A DNA stretch of 60,461 bases, the filler included, from Nemertoderma westbladi (Eukaryota; Animalia; Xenacoelomorpha): assembly GCA_032718475.1 (NCBI GenBank). It is 2 parts of 2 records of this genome, joined end to end, with 100 filler letters (N's around TTAATTAATTAA, not from the genome) between each part and the next. Parts side by side here need not be neighbours in the genome. Positions count along the whole stretch, not along the records: positions 29,027 to 60,461 come from JAUCBJ010000685.1; 1 more part is not named here. One strand, 5' to 3'. How positions within the stretch are numbered: the stretch's first letter is position 1; every line of letters starts with the position of its first letter. The notes under the pieces are model-generated. The model saw nothing but the letters and a program-made list of their open reading frames with translations. It made no database searches and had not been told where the DNA came from. Positions 47,623-60,461 of this stretch are shown here, piece after piece. Made by a program: the position numbers and the translations under genes.

Positions 47623-47731
47623 AACTGATTGACATCATAAATTTCGTAAATTTTTGTACGCAACTCGAAGTCTTCTCTCTCTTGGCTGTTACCTGTGAGG
47701 GTGGGACGGACGGCGCTACAGTAACTCCCAT
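47618..47731 (-). CDS. Candidate first coding exon or captured gene fragment, unidentified
   Basis: CAACCATGG Kozak context; MGVTVAPSVPPSQVTAKREKTSSCVQKFTKFMMSISYK; AAA|GTATGT donor; lies inside the Sola-like element. Confidence 0.3.
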
Positions 47732-48134
47732 GGTTGAACGCTTTCAAACATCTAATATATTGATTATCAAATATAATATGATTCCTATATCGCATATCGC
47801 TGAATGAGAGCACCAATTAAGAAATTGCAACCGTCCCCCACTAGAAATAGATAATGCCATGGACCCAGCCTAGCTTGTGTAGGCTGGGTCCACGGGACCC
47901 AGCCTACACAGACTGTTAGTCCAACAGTCCCCGACATACCACGGTTGACTGTCACCTTGTAACTGTGTAGTTTGTAACTGTGTAGCAGTGTAGGCCCCTA
48001 CTAACATGCTCGTCTAATATGTGCAACTGTTTACCATTATCGCCTTAACAACCTATATAATGTGTTTTATGCTGCATAGTGAAACTTTAAATACGTTACA
48101 AACGAATTATTCATTATGTCTGTTGAAGTTGAAA

Positions 48135-48270
48135 TTGCTGAAAACTGGTTCTCATTTATCTACCAATTAAGGATGCAAGGTAGAGATGCGCCTTGGTCAG
48201 TCCCCTTGAAGCATTCGTATCGAAACGAAAACTGCCCTGGTCCCCATGCAGGAATCGAACCCACGACCAG
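48135..48270 (-). mobile_element. tRNA-SINE remnant
   Basis: Minus-strand B box GGTCGTGGGTTCGATTCC and a core-like GTAGATAAATGAGAACCAG. Confidence 0.5.
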
Positions 48271-48711
48271 TAGATCGATGTGAATTCGAAGCAATGGATA
48301 TTTTTTTACATTTTAACTTAAGAGATAATGTCTAAATATACACTAGCATACTGTATTTAATGTAAATACATTCATACACTATACTTCATACACTCATATA
48401 AAACAAATCTGTCACGTACCAGTAGGTTCTTATGAAAAACCCAAATCTGGCGTTTGAGTTGTTTTGGTATACATACGTTTCGGCCTAGGACGTTTCGGTC
48501 CAGGACGTTTCGTCCCGGACATTTCGGCCCGAACGATTCGGCCCGGACGTTTCGGCCCATGACTGTAACTGAATGAAAAGGCTAACTTGTTTGATATGAT
48601 AATAATTATTCATTAAAATTATAATTATTTCACAATAACATACAAACACTTCATAAAATATCTTTAATGAAATGGCTATTTAATTTACCTTTATTTCAAA
48701 ATGAATGAAAA

Positions 48712-51700
48712 GCGCATCTGCATTAGAGATGATACACGCCCGGCCTGTCTATACTGGATACCTAACCCAGGAGGCATACTTGGTTCAGGGTGTAACAAAA
48801 GGACCCCTACAGTCGGCAGCAGGGCTGTAGGCCATGGATAGGCGGAAGGTAATCAACCAACGGCTAGACATGCTGACAAGGTCGGCGGAAGGTAATCAAC
48901 CAACGGCGACCTACTGCGAAGACGCTTGTAGGAGTTGCGACCACAAGCGGTTTACTCCCGCAACTGAAAGATATGAGTATGAGAACCCTCCAGGAGAAAT
49001 ACCGGCTCGGTCGTCGCCCGGGTCAACAAGTCCCTCAGTGGTACACCAGGCTGGGGTCGATAAATTGGCTACTGGAACAGAAGACAGAGAAGAAAGAAGA
49101 ACCAACCTGTTGAAATGTAAAAAGACACTAAAGATTGCTACAATGAACGCACGCACGCTGAAAGCACATACCAAACAGGGTGACATGGTCGCTCTGGCAA
49201 TGGAATTTGGAAATGGATGGACGTTAGTAACAAGCTCAGCAGTAAGAAACTCGGCCAATGCATCAATTGGTGGAGTAGGAATTCTGCTAAGCCCATTTGC
49301 ACCCTAAACAACATCGAATCTATAAATTCCAGGGTTATGATCGCAACATTTGATGGGAATCCCAAGGCAACAGTTATATGTTGCTACAGTCCAACCAATG
49401 CCTCAGAGCCAGAACAAGCAGTCAAGTTTTATGAAGAACTGACTGGACTTATAAAGGACATTCCGAGACACAATGTTAAAGTCATTGCTGGTGACCTGAA
49501 TGCGCAAATTGGCCCAGAAGACATCAAGGGTTATACCTACTGTATAACACCAGTTCTAACAGAAATGGGTACTTACTTTTAGACCTAATGGAAGAATGTG
49601 AATTGATACCAACAAACAACACATTCGAAAAGAGTAAGGGGAAGCTATGGACCTTTCAATACCCTAATGGAACCAAAGCACAACTGGATTACATCCTTAT
49701 AAACAAAAAGTGGAGAAACAACATGGTCAACTGCGAGGCATACAGCTCGTTCAACCTAATTGGTTCGGACCACAGAATTGTGACTGCTTCAACCTAATTG
49801 GTTCGGACCACAGAATTGTGACTGCAGAGATAAGACTCAGTTTGAGAGCCAGCAAACCCAGGACAAGCAAGCAAATCAACTATGACTGGGAGAAACTCAG
49901 AACTGACAATGCTGTAAAGGATGCTTATACAGTAGAAGTTCAAAACCGCTTTGAAGCACTTCAGTCAATGGATGAAGACCAATCCACCGATTCAATATAC
50001 CAGAATATAATAACAGCCCACAAGGAATCAGCTAAGAGGCATATCCCCCAGAAACCCAAACGAAAACAGTATGTGCCATGGAAAAACTCTGAGGTTACTT
50101 GTAAGAGAGAAGATCTTAAGATAGCCTACAAAGTTAAAACCGAACAACCAACAACTGAAAACATTAACAAGGTTGAGAAAGCTAAGGACGATCTTAAATT
50201 GGCCTACAACATCAGCCAGGAAAAGTACATACAGGATAAAACTGAAGCAATTACAACTGCTCACATACAGCAACAATCAAGACTTACCTGGCAAACTGTA
50301 AATGAGGTATCTGGTCGGAAAAGTTGTGCAAAGGGGCGCCTCAAAGCCGATAGTCCTGAAGAACGTGTTGGGAAGTGGAAAAATCACTTCAGCAACTTGC
50401 TTGGGCAGCCACCAAACATCGAGGTCACCCTACAAGGAAAATATATGACAAGACACTACCAATAGAAACAGGGGACTTCACACCTGCCGAACTCCAAAGA
50501 AGCATTAAAAGCATGTCCAATAATAAAGCGAGTGGATTAGATGAAATCCCAGCGGAGGTATGGAAAACCGGAGTGCTAAACAGACCATTATTGAATGTTT
50601 GCAACCGGATGTTAAAAGGGGAAAAGCCACCACCAAATTGGACTAAAGGTCAACTAAAGCCTCTCCCCAAGAAAGGAGACCTCGGCATACCAACAAACTA
50701 TCGTGGGATCTGTCTGCTTGTGGTAGCTGCCAAAATATACAATAAAATGATTCTATATAGGATTAGGCCTCACATAGAGAAACTACTGCGTAAGAGCCAA
50801 AACGGATTTCGACCAAGTAGATCAACAATAGCTCAGATACTTGCACTACGGAGACTGATTGAAGGAATTAAGTCAAAGAATCTCCCCGCAGTCATGACTT
50901 TCTTATTCCTTCTTTTCAAGAAGGAATTCGACTCCATCCATAGAGGTAAAATGCTTGAAATCCTAAGAGCTTATGGAATACCAGAAGTAATTGTTGCTGG
51001 CATTGGATTGTTATAATGTGACACAGAAGCGCAGGTACTCTCACCAGATGGTGAAACTGAGTTTTTCTCAATCCTGGCTGGCGTACTGCAAGGTGACACA
51101 TTAGCACCAGTACTATTTGTAATTGTGCTGGATTACGCAATGAGGGCGGCCACAAAGGGTGAAGATCTGGGATTCACACTTCAAGAACGCAGAAGTAGTA
51201 GATATCCGGCAACTACAGTCACAGACACCGACTTTGCGGATGACATCGCCCTGCTCTCTAATACGCTAGCAGATGCACAGCTTCTACTAAATAAAGTGGA
51301 GAGGGCTGCTAAGGAGGTTTGATTGCATATAAATGCTACAAAGACCGAATTCATGACCTTTAATGTTGATGGGAACTTGACAACCATTGATAATAATCAA
51401 CTAAGGAAGGTCGATGACTTCCAGTACCTTGGATCATGGATAGAGAGTAGCAAAAAGGACATAGAAGTTAGGAAAGCAAAGGCTTGGGTAGCTCTATCAA
51501 AAATGGATACCATCTGGAAATCAGATCTCTCCAGGCACCTGAAGACTAAGTTCTTTCGAGCCACAGTGGAAAGTGTATTTTTATACGGGGGTGAGACCTG
51601 GACACTGACTAAATCACTTGAACAACGAATTGATGGTTGCTACACAAGACTACTAAGGGCAGCACTAAACATCAGCTGGGGAGACAACACATGACAAACG

Positions 51701-51979
51701 TCGAGCTTTATGGTACAATACCACCTGTATCAACCACCCTCCGTGAACGCAGATTAAGATGCAGTGGGCACTGCTGGCGAAGTAAAGACGAGGTCATACC
51801 AGATCTACTTCTCTGGCAACCAACTCATGGAAAGGAGTAAAGGAAATATAACATATAGATCAACTTGAAAGGGATACTGAACTTGGGAGAAACGAAATTG
51901 CGACAACTATGGAGAATCGGGAAGCCTGGAAGGATCTCATTTCCACTGTCCGAGTTCGCTCGACCTAGTAGTAGTAGTA
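48712..51979 (+). mobile_element. Full-length RTE-clade LINE (APE + RT), inactivated by frameshifts and stops
   Basis: APE motifs (IATMNARTL, GVGILL, YSPT, GDLNA, LDYIL, SDH); RT motifs (NYRGI, QNGFR, GVLQGD, DFADD, FQYLGS); (TAG)n tail; TATTTCAAAAT on both flanks as probable TSD. Confidence 0.95.
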
Positions 51980-52377
51980 TTTCAAAATAAAATAAACATT
52001 AGGGAAGTGGTGCTCTGGTTCCATAGACAATTCGCCATCAATTATGTTATGCGGCCGAAAAAATGCAAGTCAGAACAAATCTATTGGTCTGGAGTACCAC
52101 ATTGCTAATATACAGTACTACCAAAGTGAATCAATTTCACGAACCATGTAGGGCTTAATTTCGTCTGATCGATATATTTTGGAGATACTTCATTAACTTT
52201 AAACATTACTCAATTGATAATTCTTGTAGCTGGACAGTGTATTGTCTTAATGATCTGTTGAAACAATAACTGAGATAGATGATTTTGATTTATACCCATA
52301 GATAACGACGTATAATGCTTTTATTAATACATATTTTATTTCACTTCACATCCACTCTGGTCCTTTTAATGGGCATA

Positions 52378-52475
52378 CATTTCATCTAAATTTAAATTTA
52401 ATACGCATATATTTCATCTAAATTTAAATTTAATACGCATATATTTCATCTAAATTTAAATTTAATACGCATATA
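52378..52475. repeat. ~31-bp AT-rich tandem repeat x3
   Basis: ATTTCATCTAAATTTAAATTTAATACGCATAT repeated. Confidence 0.85.
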
Positions 52476-53960
52476 TTTTATCTCATTCCATATGACATCC
52501 AGTCTGTCTCATAATTATTAGCAATGCTCCTTTAATGGAATATTTCTAATCTATTCTATTTTTAAGACCAACATTAAAATACACTAATAATTTTAATTCC
52601 GTGTATTGTAATGTACTTTATTTATTGACTCACATTTTAAAATACGTATGTTTTATTTTATGGGGGAAACCCCATCATCATAATACTAAGGTTAATTTGT
52701 CAGCATATGTTATCTTTGTTTTAAGTTACAGTATGGTGCAAAGTTATATTAATAAATAATAATAATAATAATATTACATTAGTTATTATTTATAAATACA
52801 ATGTAGAACTTCGATCTTGACGACTATCAAACAGGTGTCGGAGCAGTTCCTACTGACTACTCCTCTTGTAACGAACGTAACAACTACAAAACAAATATAT
52901 TGAATAACTTATTATTAACAGCTTATTTAAGGGAGTAAAGTGAATCTTTGGGCCAAAACGTCCGACAAGCAAATCTTGTATTTCATTCATTGGGCCGAAA
53001 CGTCCTTGGCCAAAACGTCTTAGACCGAAACGTCTGTTACCCAGTTGTTTTACAGAGTTATAAATTATAATTGGTAGGCCCTACTTAAGTTGTTTTAGAA
53101 AAAAACAGAAAATAGCAGCAAAAACAACTTAAGCGCCAAATTGTGCACAAAAATCAATATTGTGGAGTAAAAGATGCACATATGAAATTTTTAACATTGC
53201 AGGTCGAAATTATAAACAAACAGTGCTGAACATTTTAGTCGAAAACACAATAAAAATAACCAAAATCCAAATTTTAATCAACAAATCGTCGTTCCTGAAC
53301 AATTCTGATAATGGCGCTTGTGTTGTTCTTTCAAGACAGGGACGAAATATATTTAAAAATAAATTACAAACCGTTAATTTTACTAAGTACGCTAAATTCG
53401 ATAGAAATCTTTAACATTTAATTTCATCATTTTAATTTTATGATATTATTGTATCCTTTACCTATGTTTTTATCTCTTTTATTTAGCTGGTACTTAAGTC
53501 GCCTCGATTAGTGCAATTATGTATCTGATAAGTGTGTTTTCTAAATGTTTGTCGGTCTGTTGTGAGCTGTATCAGCTGAGGTGTCTCCTCAAATATAATA
53601 TCTTATATTTATCTTATCCTATGGGTTGACTGATTTTCTAGTTATGACGGTATACATTTATATGCAGCCGGCGCAAGAACACCATCTTGAGCTGCTTGGC
53701 AGGTAGCATCCGAAGTGAGTCATGGAGCTATACCCTATCTCCTTCAACACCACAGCCAACATGGTGGTCGTTTCTAAACGGGTCAGTGGGTTGTCGTCCC
53801 GTTACGGCTAATTGTCGCGTTACGGCTAATTTTTTGGAAGTAAAGTAAAGTGGTGTGTACTAAAGTAGTGTACAGGTGGACTATGAAGCGGAGGTTGAAT
53901 GAGGTAGAGTATATACATATGGCACACATATGCATATATACATATGTATGCCATAATATT

Positions 53961-56154
53961 GCATACATTTAGTGTTAAAACCCCGCTACATTAAATCACG
54001 CGTAAAAACATTTATTTCACCTCTAAAAGCGCACGGTTTTATTATTTACGGGTGAAATAATTCACAAATTGATTAATTTCTCCTCCTATTTTAGGGGATG
54101 ATATAAATGGATACATTTATGTAATTTTATCTTCCCCTTAGCGATTGGCTGATTTGGGAGGGAATTTAAATACACAATTATGCTGTAATAAATCCCCGCT
54201 AATGATTGACTGATATAGGTGGGAGTTTAAATACACAATTATGTTGTAATAAATCCGCCCGCTAATGATTGGCTGATTTAGGGGAGAGTTTAAATACACA
54301 ATTATGCTGTAATAAATCCACCCGCAAATGATTGGCTGATATAGGGGGGAATCCTTTGAAAATCCTTTATTTCCTAAATTGTAGGCTACCAATTGCGGTA
54401 CTGTTGTAAAGAATGTCATTTTCAAATAGGCATCTCATTATATTTCTATAAATTATCCAATCGCTTGGGGTGTATATTATTTCAGCCAGTCACAGCGCGA
54501 GGATTTAATAACACATAATTTGTGTATTTAAACTCTCCCCTATATCAGCCAATCATTAGCGGGCGGATTTATTACGGCAGTGATTTTTTATGTCCTTTTA
54601 TTTAACTTTTTTGTCCTCCTTTTTTTACGAATTGTGCATAATGACTTTTGTTGTCCTTTTAATGACTTTTGTTGTCCTTTTAATGACTTTTTATGTATGT
54701 ATTTCTTCAAACTGTCAGACAGTTGATTTCAACATGCCTATGCCAAAACATTCAAAATTTGTTGATTTCTGGTCTGTCGGACAGTTGCTTTCACTATGCC
54801 TGTGCCAAAACATTCCATGATTCCATGATTTATAGACTATGAGATAGAATTCCATATGCGCCTGTTGTAAAAGACTCTAAATTTAATAGTTTGTGGTTCT
54901 TGTAAAACAATTACCAATTGATGGAAAGGAGCAGGTTAAGGCCGGATTTTCTAACCAAAACAATAAACAGTCACTTTACCAAATCAGGGAAAGGAGCAGG
55001 TTACAGAGGCGGGATTTTCTAACCAAAATAATAAACGATCATTTAACTAATTGAGGGAAAGGAGCAGGTTACAGAGACGGGATTTTCTAACCAAAACAAT
55101 AAACGATAACATTACCAATTGAGAGAAAGGAGCAGGTTACAGAGACGGGATTTTCTAACCAAAACAATAAACAGTCACTTTACCAAATCATGGAAAGGAG
55201 CAGGTTATAGAGACGGGATTTTCTAACCAAAACAATAAACGATAACAATACCAATTGAGAGAAAGGAGCAGGTTACAGAGGCGGGATTTCCTAACCAAAA
55301 CAATAAACGATCACTTAACTAATTGAGGGAAAGGAGCAGGTTACAGAGGCGGGATTTTCTAACCAAAACAATAAACAGTCACTTTACCAAATCAGGGAAA
55401 GGAGCAGGTTACAGAGAAGGGATTTTCAAACCAAAACAATAAACGATAACATTACCAATTGAGAGAAAGGAGCAGGTTACAGAGGCGTTGATTTCCTAAC
55501 GAAAACAATAAACGATCACTTAACTAATTGAGGGAAAGGAGCAGGTTACAGAGGCGGGGAAAGGAGCAGGTTACAGAGGCGGGGGAAAGGAGCAGGTTAC
55601 AGAGGCGGGATTTTCTAACCAAAACAACCGGTCAGCCGTTAGGCCTACCAGTACCGTATTTAAATGGTAGGCTACACAGTAGGCCTACAGCAGTAGCGGT
55701 GCCGGTACCGGTACTAAAATACCTGCTTTATACCTACATCTGTACATACAATACAGCAAAATAGTGCTACTGTATATATACTAATACCGGTACTGATAGC
55801 CTGAGAGAACAGCAGTAGAGAAACCGGTAGCATGGAACCTAACATTAGATTTTTGGAGGACATAAAAAAATAAAAAAAAGGACAAAAAAAGGATTTAAAC
55901 GGACAATAAAAATTATTGTGATTTTTTACAGCATAATTGTGTATTTAAAATTCCCTCCTAAATTAGCCATTCGCTAAGGGGAAGATAAAATCACATAAAT
56001 GTATCCATTTATATCATCCCCTAAAATAGGAGGATAAATTCATCAATTTGTGAATTATTACACCCGTAAATAATAAAACCGTGCGCTTTTAGAGGTGAAA
56101 TAAATGTTTCTGCGCGTGATTTAATGTAGCGGGGTTTTAAAACCAAATGTATGC
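53961..56154. mobile_element. Long-TIR MITE with ~60-bp subterminal repeats
   Basis: GCATACATTT..AAAACCCCGCTACATTAAATCACGCG versus its reverse complement ending AAATGTATGC; arms more than 200 bp. Confidence 0.8.
54575..55920 (-). mobile_element. Second, inverted copy of the 8715-10079 element, inserted in the 53961-56154 MITE
   Basis: High identity to copy 1; flanks ATTTATTA/ATTTTTTA interrupt the host unit GCGGATTTATTACAGCATAATT. Confidence 0.85.
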
Positions 56155-56907
56155 CATAAGAGAATAGAGCGGGCACGCATTGTCGAAGGTTTAAAGAAAC
56201 TGGCGGTGCCAATGGTATGAGGGTTAGTAAAGAAAAGAAAAGCTTAATTTATTAAAAATTTAAATGTTAAACATGTTCAATTACATTACGTTAAACGAAA
56301 CGAAATAATAAGTGTTTCGTTTCGTTTTTCCGTTTCGTTTCGTTAAATTCAAAATTGATTAAACATTATGATATAAATTTAATTGAATAATTAATGTAGT
56401 AAAATATATTAGCCACAAAGATATACAATTTGAAGGAATATTATTAACAACACATTTACAATACTACTGAGTAATACGCCCATAACGGAAGCCACTGAAA
56501 AATAATACTACAGTATAATATTGCATTGTATTACCATTATTATAGGGAAGCCCTATTGTCGCGTCAGACAACCACTAGAAATAACTCACCTTCAATATAC
56601 TACCCAGGCTACAGTATGACGGACATGTCTAATGTCTCCTTGTCTGTGCCACTAATGAACCCAATGTTAAATAAATAAATACAGTTCTGGAATGAATATT
56701 TATGACATTGGCTGCCGCTCCCGTTGACTACTAAGGGCGCAGACATGGCGCTTCCCCAATGCCCTAAATAACCAATACCCTTCCTAAATACCCACCCGGC
56801 TACTCCAGTTGCCAGACAACCAATAGTTTAATCAATTTAAAAATAAATACTGAAATAGGTGCAACTGCAAATATTCTAATATGCAAAGGTTTATCAAACG
56901 TTTAAAA

Positions 56908-58520
56908 TCTACTTGGTCGAAATCCGTTTTGGCTCTTACGCAGTAGTTTCTCATGTGAGGCCTAATCCTATATAGAATCATTTTATTGTATATTTTGGCA
57001 GCTAACACAAGCAGACAGATCCCACGATAGTTTGTTGGTATGCCGAGGTCTCCTTTCTTGGGGAGAGGCTTTAGTTGACCTTTAGTACAAATTGGTGGTG
57101 GCTTTTCCCCTTTTAACATCCGGTTGCAAACATTCAATAAATGGTCTGTTTAGCACTCCTGTTTTCCATACCTCCGCTGGGATTTAATCTAATCCACTCG
57201 CTTTAATATTGGACATGCTTTTAATGCTTCTTTGGAGTTCGGCAGGCAAAGCGGTTTTGAACTTCTACTGTATCATAGTCTTGTAATAGACTGTAATCAT
57301 AGTTGATTTGCTTGCTTATCATGGGTTTGCTGGCTCTCAAACTGAGTCTGATCTCTGCAGTCACAATTATGTGGTTAGGTTGAACGAGCTGTATGCCTCG
57401 CAGTTGATCATGCTGTTTCTCCACTTTTAGTTTATAAGGATGTAATCCAGTTGTGCTTTGGTTCCATTAAGGTATTGAAAGGTCCATAGCTTCCCCTTAC
57501 TCTTTTCGAATGTGTTGTTTGTTGGCATCAATTCACATTCTTCCATTAGGTCTAAAAGTAAGTACCCATTTCTGTTAGAACTGGTGTTATAGGTGTAATC
57601 CTTGATGTCTTCTGGGCCAATTTGCGCATTCAGGTCACCAGCAATGACTTTAACATTGTGTTACGGAATGTCCTTTATAAGTCCAGTCAGATCTTCATAA
57701 AACTTGACTGCTTGTTCTGGCTCTGAGGCATTTGTTGGACTGTAGCAACATAGTCTATACTGTAACTGTTGTATTGGGATTCCCATCAAATGTTGCGATC
57801 ATAACCCTGGAATTTATAGATTCGATGTTGTTTAGGGTCTTAAGTGCAAATGGGCTTAGCAGAATTCCTACTCCGCCAATTGATGCATTGGCCGAGTTTC
57901 TTACTGCTGAGCTTGTTACTAACGTCCATCCATTTCCAATGTCATTGTACTTCATGGCAGTGTCTTCATGACAAATCCGATGTTCTTTGTTATATTCCAT
58001 TGCCAGAGCAACCATGTTGTCACCCTGTTTACCTTGTTCATTGTAGCAATCTTTCGTGTCTTTTTACATTTCAACAGGTTGGTTCTTCTTTCTTCTGTCT
58101 TATGTTCCAGTAGCCAATTTATCGACCCCAGCCTGGTGTACCACTGAGGGACGCGGTCCTTGTTGACCCGGGCGACGACCGAGCCGGTATTTCTCCTGGA
58201 GGGTTCTCATACTCATATCTTTCAGTTACGAGAGTAAACCGCTTGTGGTCGCAACTCCTACAAGCGTCTTCGCAGTAGGTCGCCGTTGGTTGATTACCTT
58301 CCGAGACCTTGTCAGCATGTCTAGCCGTTGGTTGATTACCTTCCGCCGACCTTGTCAGCATGTCTAGCCGTTGATTGATTACCTTCCGCCTATCCATGGC
58401 CTACAGCCCTGCTGCCGACTGTAGGGGTCCTTTTGTTACACCCTGAACAAAGTATGCCTCCTGGGTTAGGTATCCAGTAGAGACAGAGCGGGGCGTGTAT
58501 CATCCTCTATTGCAGATGCG
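56908..58520 (-). mobile_element. RTE LINE copy retaining the 5' half, internally deleted
   Basis: Reverse complement of 48713-~50822 with deletions; three copies of the ~44-bp 5' repeat versus two in the + copy. Confidence 0.92.
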
Positions 58521-58959
58521 TTCAAATAACGTATGTGTAGGTGTATGGAAGAGTAGAAGCGATGCAAATTTCAATTAATCATTAGCCACCCACATTATAT
58601 TCAGCCACATACACATACGTTATGTGAACGCCCCTTTAATCAAAAAATCGTATTTTGAGAAAAATCGAATCAATCTAAAGTTTAACGGATCTGCACGAAA
58701 ACATGTGAATGTCTGTTTGAACAACTTTTCACTCACTACATACGTAGTACTTACCAAGTTTGGTTTAGTTTCGGCAATGATTGGCTGACTTATCTTGGTT
58801 TTAATCAACAGTCTGAAACTGCAGGTATCGACAGACAGGCTGCCTGATTTTTGACCAAAGTTCAGAATCATTCTAAACTTTTCACATAACACATGTTTAC
58901 CAAGTTTGGTTTAATTTCATCAATGATTGACAGACTTATTGCTGTTCTTATCATAACTT

Positions 58960-59190
58960 TGAAACTAATGGTCTGGTACCGACTGACAGACGGTCTGATC
59001 AGATTATTTCTAAACTTGAAACAACTGGTATGGTACCGACTGACAGACGGTCTGATCAGATTCTTTCTAAACTTGAAACAACTGGTCTGGTACCGACTGA
59101 CAGGCGGTCTGATCAGATTCTTTCTAAACTTGAAACAACTGGTCTGGTACCGACTGACAGACGGTCTGATCAAATTCTTTCTAAACTTTT
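58960..59190. repeat. 60-bp tandem repeat x~4, probably inside a non-autonomous element (~58580-59310)
   Basis: AAACTTGAAACAACTGGTCTGGTACCGACTGACAGACGGTCTGATCAGATTCTTTCT units. Confidence 0.8.
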
Positions 59191-60461
59191 AACGAATTAC
59201 ATTCGCACAAAGTTTGCATTAATTTCATTAAGGAATGACCGATATTAGCGATCAAAAATTAGACGACGACGACAGACAACTCTTTAATAAAATGTCCTTC
59301 GCCGTATGCATGTTTTAGTTTAAAAAAGTGGAGGGTTCCTGATAAATAAGCTTTCAAAGATTAGACTCCTAGAGCCAGTCAAGAGGTTGAGATATAGTGG
59401 AACCCATATGCGAAGCTCGCATACTTTCGTGGCTCGCCCCACAAAATCACCATTAAGTATTTGACTGAATTTTGACAGATTTGATTGAATTTCGACCGAA
59501 TATTTCCACCATCCACAAGCGTAGCCTATGCAATAAGCTATGTTACCCGCACCGGGAATATTTCTCGTCATAGCAAACCAGGGATAAAGTTAATCAACAC
59601 AGAGGCAAGGAAGTTATTACCAATAGAAACGCAAACTTTGTCAAGAAACAGTGCATTGCAACTCCCTGCGAGTAACGTAACACAGTGTCAATGAGACTGC
59701 ATTATAATATTCAGCACTAAATGTTGAGCAAATAACAAAAGCGAATTGTATCAATCGCACTACGGCGCTTAATTAGCCAATTTGTAGGCAGTTCACCTAC
59801 GGCAAAACAGCAGATGGGAAAATAGCGTGTCTGAACATAACTGCCCCAATATAATTGGGGAAAATGCGTAGCACTGGGGGAGGAGTTGACTGTCGATAAC
59901 TACTGTAGACATACCATTATTGGGCTGGAATGTTAATAATGTCCTCGCTAAACCAACCAGCCCGCATAGATACGAAGTTACTTAATTAATCTCGTAAATT
60001 ACGCGAATGCCCGACTGTATATAAAATAGAAAAGCTAATATTGTTTACATTAAACTTATAATTATAAAATACAAAGCCAAAAAGCAAAATGAATGCTGCA
60101 TTATATCATTATATACATCAAATAAAATAAGACCTGAACCAACTATACGGAAAACTAACCGTGTAAGTAAAATTCACCTGAATCTAAGCTTGTAACTGCC
60201 ACACAATCTAGCGGAAAAAAGGGATCATTAGTTATAACTGCTTCAATACAAAATAAAACACTATCTAATCAACTAATTAGTTATACAGGGTGTAACACAA
60301 AATGTAATGCGATTCCATTGAATATTCTGGAAGTCTGTACCCTAACGGACGGAGTGAGTATTTATTGGTGTGACACTTATTTTATTGCTATAGAAACTCG
60401 AAATATGATACGGGGGTAAACGCTACGGCGACAGCAGAGAACCACTCCCGAAAACGACAAA

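Larger units (their letters stand above)
48466..53042. mobile_element. MULE-like MITE with 15-bp subterminal repeats and 9-bp TSD
   Basis: TSD AGTTGTTTT at 48457-48465 and 53043-53051; GGACGTTTCGGCC repeats at left, GGCCGAAACGTCC at right. Confidence 0.75.
47089..53344. mobile_element. Sola1-like non-autonomous DNA transposon (30-bp perfect TIR, AAAT TSD) with nested elements
   Basis: AAAT|CGTCCCTGTCTTGAAAGAACAACACAAGCG ... CGCTTGTGTTGTTCTTTCAAGACAGGGACG|AAAT; removing it restores the LINE reading frame; AWWT TSDs characterise Sola1. Confidence 0.8.

Noticed and set aside
52378-52475. A further donor array
   Set aside because: No adjacent exon or donor consensus; lies inside a MITE.
59320-59694. 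Short ORFs near the window end
   Set aside because: No recognisable homology or convincing splice signals.

Overview
AT-rich, transposon-dense animal genomic DNA; the species cannot be determined from sequence alone. An artificial 100-nt scaffold spacer lies at 28927-29026. Host genes: an intronless CREC/calumenin-like EF-hand gene (-); two ankyrin-region exons of a TRPC4/5-like channel (+) with a complete 3-exon mucin-CUB-EGF-TM receptor gene nested on the same strand in the intron between them; a duplicated PH-like gene (-) with a probable GC-AG intron, interleaved with the last three exons of an unidentified + strand gene; and an apparently intronless SCAP (-). The rest is nested LINEs (CR1/L2-like, CRE-like, RTE, Penelope), tRNA-SINEs and MITEs. 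The main observation is that three large tandem arrays (45 bp x ~71, 37 bp x ~94, 28 bp x ~13), and possibly a fourth (14 bp x 4), are not generic satellites. Each starts at the 3' end of an exon, and its unit is the exon tail plus the 5' splice donor, amplified into the intron. This suggests a recurrent splice-donor array process, possibly relevant to U1 loading, intron growth or alternative donor choice. Copy numbers are span divided by period, counted by eye, and all exon models need RNA support.
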